Source of the DNA: an uncultured virus (IMG/VR IMGVR_UViG_3300030372_005500)
Taxonomy: Duplodnaviria > Heunggongvirae > Uroviricota > Caudoviricetes
Direction: 5' to 3' (one strand)
IMG/VR virus record: IMGVR_UViG_3300030372_005500
Length of the DNA: 64,000 bases
Shown: piece after piece, positions 59,777 through 64,000 of the stretch
Numbering within the stretch: position 1 is the first letter of the stretch
Layout: each line of letters starts with the position of its first letter
Notes under the pieces: generated by a model
Told to the model about the DNA's origin: nothing
The model's input: only the letters and a program-made list of their open reading frames with translations
Databases searched by the model: none
Position numbers and translations under genes: made by a program

Positions 59777-60849
59777 TGTGGCCAGATGCACTCTTCATAT
59801 ACTGTATGAAGGGTTTGATACACTATACTACAGCATATCCTGATATTTCAACAGGTCAAGATGCATTTCTGAATGATTGGGGTGTAATACTATTAGTTTC
59901 TGCAGTTGTATTATGGGTATTCAAAGAATTTTATCATTTATTCTTTGAACCAATCATTAGACCCAACCTTGTTCTGAAAGATGAGTTTCAGGAGAAAGTA
60001 GAAGGTAGGATTGTTTGGGTCAAAGGAGTAAAAGAAGGATTCTTTTACGCTTATTGGTTATTCTGGTCAGGACTCTATAGGAGATTCCCAAGGTTCCAGG
60101 GTATGGATTATCAATTTGGAGTAATGATGTTAACCTATGGATTAGTTAGAAGTTTACAGAGTATGCATTTTCAGTTGATGGAAGTAAATATAATACCAGT
60201 ATGGGGTCCAGACATGGGTATTTGGGGCCGTATCTGTTTCTATGGCAGTATCCCTTTCCTATTAGGATATATTTTAACAAACAGAGAAGACTTTGATAAA
60301 TGTATAGAATTAGATGACGAAAGCCCTTACAACATCGCATTAGGTAGGAGAATGACAGAAGGCAAGGTAATCTACTTTAGACAGACAGGCCAATACTTAC
60401 CTCAATTACTAAGAACATCTCAATTATGGATAGACGATTCAGTAGAATTACATCATTTTTGGGGTAGAGTGGTTATAGAGGCTACAAACATATCATACAC
60501 GCCAAATCCTAATCTTGATTACTTCGTATTGCATTATGCAAATGATGCACCAGTTACTCTTGAGGATTGGCAGGGTGTAACTCACTTAGTAAGTAATGAC
60601 CTAAAAGGTTCACAAAAGCTATCTGTAGCTGCTTCTGCAGCAGATCCAGACGTATTAAAGAGACAACAAGAGAGAACTACTTTTGTTTTCAACCCAGACT
60701 GGGAGAAATTAATTCTGGAGTTAGCAGAATCAGACGGAGTTATAACTGACGAAGAGAAAGAAATACTTGCACGTTACAATTTAGATGCCGAAGATTTACA
60801 AAAGAAATCTAAGCAGTCTAAGCCGACTTCTGTAAGAGCTCAAGATTAA
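59773..60849 (+). CDS. Multi-pass membrane protein with soluble C-terminal domain
   Basis: 358 aa, several hydrophobic segments. Confidence 0.7.
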   Translation: MMWPDALFIYCMKGLIHYTTAYPDISTGQDAFLNDWGVILLVSAVVLWVFKEFYHLFFEPIIRPNLVLKDEFQEKVEGRIVWVKGVKEGFFYAYWLFWSGLYRRFPRFQGMDYQFGVMMLTYGLVRSLQSMHFQLMEVNIIPVWGPDMGIWGRICFYGSIPFLLGYILTNREDFDKCIELDDESPYNIALGRRMTEGKVIYFRQTGQYLPQLLRTSQLWIDDSVELHHFWGRVVIEATNISYTPNPNLDYFVLHYANDAPVTLEDWQGVTHLVSNDLKGSQKLSVAASAADPDVLKRQQERTTFVFNPDWEKLILELAESDGVITDEEKEILARYNLDAEDLQKKSKQSKPTSVRAQD

Positions 60850-61675
60850 GTCTTTTAGCAGCAGCTTTACACATTGCCACAGAGGCATTTTCTACAGCTT
60901 CAGCCATGAGGTTACCAGAGTATATCTTTAGGCCTTTGAATTCATTTCTACCATTAACTAACATCATATCTTTCTTTTCACCTTGTAGTTCTCTGATGAA
61001 GTCCATTAATGTTTCCACTTTGTTTCCTCCAGCCTTCTCAATATATCTCTGCAGTAACATTTCCTTACCTTCTTGTTCCACAGGTGCATATTGAGCTTTA
61101 ATTGCTGGATCTAAATCAGGAAAGCGATGAATATATGCTTGCCTAAAGAATGGATACTTATAGTTAGATAAAGCAGTAGTAGTCGGATAGTGAACTGCTA
61201 CATAACCTCTTTTTCCGTGAACTGTATAGACAGTATTGAATAAACTGATTCTATCACTAACACCAGGGTTAAGGAAACGAAGTTTAGGTAAATTAAGTAT
61301 CATAATCTTTCTACGCTTTCTTACAACCATTAATGCTTGTATGATAGCTTTATTGACAGAGTTTTGCCATTCTTGGGAGAAAAGAGCACTTCCAGCTTCG
61401 TCAAGTATAATTGGTGTTTCATCATCGTTTACATCTAATAACTCAAGGAAACCAGCCCCATCATAGGTAATCATGGTGTTTAAATCAAATTCACAGCCCA
61501 AAGCCTCACAGAAATACTGTGCCATTTGAATACTAAGAACAGTTTTACCAGTTCCAGGTATTCCTACATTAACAATAACTGCATCCCAATCATTTTTAAT
61601 TCTGGCACATATCTTGTAACAGTCTTGCCTCAGCAAATCATTCTCGGCAACATAATTAGTAAGTATAGAGCTCAC
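60818..61675 (-). CDS. P-loop ATPase (Zot/FtsK-HerA-like; candidate genome packaging or assembly ATPase)
   Basis: Walker A GIPGTGKT, Walker B IILDEA, downstream VRKRR-hhhh motif. Confidence 0.75.
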   Translation of the reverse strand: MSSILTNYVAENDLLRQDCYKICARIKNDWDAVIVNVGIPGTGKTVLSIQMAQYFCEALGCEFDLNTMITYDGAGFLELLDVNDDETPIILDEAGSALFSQEWQNSVNKAIIQALMVVRKRRKIMILNLPKLRFLNPGVSDRISLFNTVYTVHGKRGYVAVHYPTTTALSNYKYPFFRQAYIHRFPDLDPAIKAQYAPVEQEGKEMLLQRYIEKAGGNKVETLMDFIRELQGEKKDMMLVNGRNEFKGLKIYSGNLMAEAVENASVAMCKAAAKRLNLELLQKSA

Positions 61676-62172
61676 AATTCTCCTCCATCATCTACAACCC
61701 TTGATTCTTCTGGGTCAATAACTACATTGCCGTCTTTATCCTTCGGAACACCAATAGAACTATCATCATACATCTTTGATTTACTAACCTTTGTCTTTTT
61801 AACAAGTGGCTGTATAACTTCATCAAATAGTTTCCAGCAAAGACCATTCATCTTGAATAAACGGCTTGGTGGAGGTCTTTCCATGGCCATAGTAGGGTCA
61901 TCCCAATTCTTTTCTACAATTCCACGCATATCTCTAAATTCCTTAACAACTTCTCTTATTCTCTTATTTGCAACAAGTTTTAGTTCTTTATCAGTTAAAT
62001 CCCAATGAGGTCGTAGCATAGAAACAAATATCTCAACAGCATAAAACAATCCTTCAGGATTACCAGAGGCTGCAGCTCCAGTAATTGCACTCTGAACTTC
62101 CATTAGTTTATCAGTATAGCCTGGTTTACGCCAATTGCTTGCGCCACCAGATGCTTGTGGGTCTTGGTCCAT
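61672..62172 (-). CDS. Hypothetical protein
   Basis: 166 aa, coupled to the ATPase (ATGA overlap, GGAG upstream). Confidence 0.7.
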   Translation of the reverse strand: MDQDPQASGGASNWRKPGYTDKLMEVQSAITGAAASGNPEGLFYAVEIFVSMLRPHWDLTDKELKLVANKRIREVVKEFRDMRGIVEKNWDDPTMAMERPPPSRLFKMNGLCWKLFDEVIQPLVKKTKVSKSKMYDDSSIGVPKDKDGNVVIDPEESRVVDDGGEL

Positions 62173-62474
62173 TAAACTCCGAAAACAGCTTTCTTACGTT
62201 GTTCCAGTTCACGTTGAACGTTGTCAATGAATCTTAGAACAGTCTGAGCATCAAATCTCATTGGGCCTGCGTCCCCAGTCCCTTTGAAGAAATCAAAAGG
62301 GTTGGGCAGTTTATTGTCGTGTTGGCATCTCATAACTATTGTGTCCAGATCACGCTGTGCTCTCATAAGTGCTATAGGGTCATCAGCGTGCTCATAATTC
62401 CGATAGAATGAGGTAACTCGTTCTTGTAACGAGCTCTCATCAAATGTTGGTTCCGAAAAGCTTCCTCTGCTCAT
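62172..62474 (-). CDS. Hypothetical protein
   Basis: 100 aa, TAATG coupling. Confidence 0.65.
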   Translation of the reverse strand: MSRGSFSEPTFDESSLQERVTSFYRNYEHADDPIALMRAQRDLDTIVMRCQHDNKLPNPFDFFKGTGDAGPMRFDAQTVLRFIDNVQRELEQRKKAVFGV

Positions 62475-62512
62475 CGGGAAATCAAAAAGCGGAAAACGTA
62501 TTTATACTTTTA
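62475..62512 (-). promoter_or_regulatory. Putative BRE-TATA promoter of the ATPase operon (leaderless)
   Basis: Minus strand AAAAGTATAAATAC about 22 nt upstream of ATG 62474; similar to the 51535 box. Confidence 0.5.
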
Positions 62513-62624
62513 GAAGACACACACACCTTCATTTCCACTGGAAAAAGATTGGTGGCCGTAATAACCTGGCAATGGTTAGGGTGGGGCCACCGTATTGTTA
62601 TTTAAACAGCACTCTATATATCTG

Positions 62625-62920
62625 ATGGCAATGGCAACTATGGGTGGTTAAGAAATGGCAACAAACTTACAAACAGAAGCATTAAAATTATTGGTCGGGC
62701 CTCCAGCAATTCCTGCTGCGGCAGTCGCCAAAAGATTAGGTGTGAATAAAGCAACAGTATCTAAGTGGATACGTCGATGGCTCGACGAAGGAAAAATAAT
62801 ACAAGACCCCAACGCAATAGAAATATCAAGTTGGATAACTGGAGGCAGACCTCCTAAAATTTATGTGGCTAAATATCATGGCAACAAAGGTAGCACACCA
62901 TTGGAAACTAATATGGCAAC
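62625..62920 (+). repeat. ATGGCAAC direct repeats (iteron/operator-like)
   Basis: Exact copies at 62631, 62655, 62878, 62913; near copies at 62625, 62901. Confidence 0.55.
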
Positions 62921-63644
62921 TAAGGTACCTGCAGTGATTACTTCAACGGATGCCGTAGAGCCTTCAATGATTTTAGATGGAAATTATGCAAGGCCTCATT
63001 CTGGAGCTTGGATTTGCAGAGGAGTGAACAAGCCAAAGACTGATCTGTCAGAATCAAGACTTTGTGTTAAGGATAATACAATAAATCAAGTAAGAAATAT
63101 ACGATTAGATTATACAGATGGCTGGAGAGTAAATTACAAAGAAGGTCCTCGAAAAAGGAGTGTAATTATCTATCCTCCAAGTAAGGAGATGACTACTCTA
63201 ACTACACTTGATGATTTTATAGTAGACCGAGAGAAAAAGATGATGAATATATGGAATGATATTGTTCGTAGTTTTGGGTTTGATTATAAGTTCCTTGACC
63301 AGATGGTTCCAATGGAAATAGGGGTGCCTGTGTCTGACGAAGGATTGAGCAGAGAAGCAGGTGAAAGAATAAAGACTGTTGATGGAGATATGTGGGTTGA
63401 CCGTTCTGAAGAAGCAGTAGTTCCAGGTGCAGTAGAATTAGAAGGCGATGCGCCTGTAATGAGAGGTCTTGCAAAGATGCCAGACTTGCTTCATGAAATT
63501 ATTCTTGAGTTAGGTAAAGGCCGTAAAGAAATGGGTGAAAATACCAATGAAAGATTAGAAAGGCTTGAGAATGCAATGACTAAATTATTAGATGGTGTAG
63601 ATGAGCCTGAAGATGACGATAAAGAAGTAGAGGGTTACGTTTAA
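62655..63644 (+). CDS. HTH-domain protein, possible replication initiator or regulator
   Basis: AAVAKRLGVNKATVSKWIRRW HTH; internal repeats; function is inference. Confidence 0.6.
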   Translation: MATNLQTEALKLLVGPPAIPAAAVAKRLGVNKATVSKWIRRWLDEGKIIQDPNAIEISSWITGGRPPKIYVAKYHGNKGSTPLETNMATKVPAVITSTDAVEPSMILDGNYARPHSGAWICRGVNKPKTDLSESRLCVKDNTINQVRNIRLDYTDGWRVNYKEGPRKRSVIIYPPSKEMTTLTTLDDFIVDREKKMMNIWNDIVRSFGFDYKFLDQMVPMEIGVPVSDEGLSREAGERIKTVDGDMWVDRSEEAVVPGAVELEGDAPVMRGLAKMPDLLHEIILELGKGRKEMGENTNERLERLENAMTKLLDGVDEPEDDDKEVEGYV

Positions 63645-63657
63645 GTACTGTATATTA

Positions 63658-63846
63658 GTGCCTACACTAAACATGGTTCTAAACAAGAAAACAAACTTTG
63701 GTCATCCTGATTGGGATAAAGCACCAGAGTGGGCTGAATATCTTGTTCATGATATGTTTACTGGCCAATGGGTATGGTTAGAGAAGCACCCAAGGTTTTG
63801 GCATGAAGGTAAAACTTTAGTAGTAGTAATGGAGGTCAATGAATAA
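63658..63846 (+). CDS. Small viral protein (DW..APEWA..L..D..G.W.W...P type)
   Basis: 62 aa ORF, start uncertain. Confidence 0.55.
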   Translation: MPTLNMVLNKKTNFGHPDWDKAPEWAEYLVHDMFTGQWVWLEKHPRFWHEGKTLVVVMEVNE

Positions 63847-63985
63847 AACAGATATGCTTGGTTTAACAATACTTATAATGTGTATAATTTATGTGATTGT
63901 TATCTTCATATATGCAGAAATTGAAGTTTATATGGAAAGAGATCCAATAGAATGGCTATTAGGATTCGGAGAAAAAAATGAGTGA
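63839..63985 (+). CDS. 48 aa single-TM protein
   Basis: GGAGGT SD, hydrophobic segment; not in ORF track. Confidence 0.5.
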   Translation: MNKTDMLGLTILIMCIIYVIVIFIYAEIEVYMERDPIEWLLGFGEKNE

Positions 63986-64000
63986 CAAAAATAGAAAAAT

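Larger units (their letters stand above)
1..64000. mobile_element. Segment of a large archaeal virus or virus-like element (probably enveloped or non-tailed; host possibly marine Thermoplasmatota)
   Basis: No housekeeping operons; dense co-oriented genes with ATGA/TAATG overlaps; virus-type accessory genes; TFB-like and EndA-like genes; archaeal TATA and SD signals. Host and morphology are inference. Confidence 0.75.

Overview
AT-rich, almost entirely + strand window with tightly coupled genes, most consistent with part of a large archaeal virus or viral-like element. A TFB-like gene, an EndA-like domain, archaeal TATA and GGTGA signals, and surface proteins of the kind seen in marine Thermoplasmatota support an archaeal host (inference). 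1-39.7 kb: many Lys/Arg-rich small proteins, two giant membrane-anchored LamG proteins (about 5335 and 2814 aa), two beta-propeller membrane proteins, a protein with a tRNA-splicing endonuclease (EndA) catalytic domain and a TFB core lacking the Zn-ribbon. 39.9-51.5 kb: one apparent transcription unit of about 35 short accessory genes (two DNA methyltransferases, DUF932-like, DUF1281-like, Zn-finger microproteins). Nearly every gene there is preceded by the same covarying element, [4-5 bp GC stem + tetraloop]-NTC-NN-ATG (about 36 copies), with a structured leader before the unit and tandem terminators after it. 51.5-64 kb: two paralogous secreted, membrane-anchored proteins, three membrane proteins, a P-loop ATPase operon on the minus strand and an HTH protein with ATGGCAAC repeats. 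No HK97 capsid, terminase, integrase, rRNA, tRNA or CRISPR was recognised. Best candidate novel system: the hairpin-punctuated gene array, possibly processed by the element's own EndA homologue. All family assignments are from motif reading and memory, with no database search.
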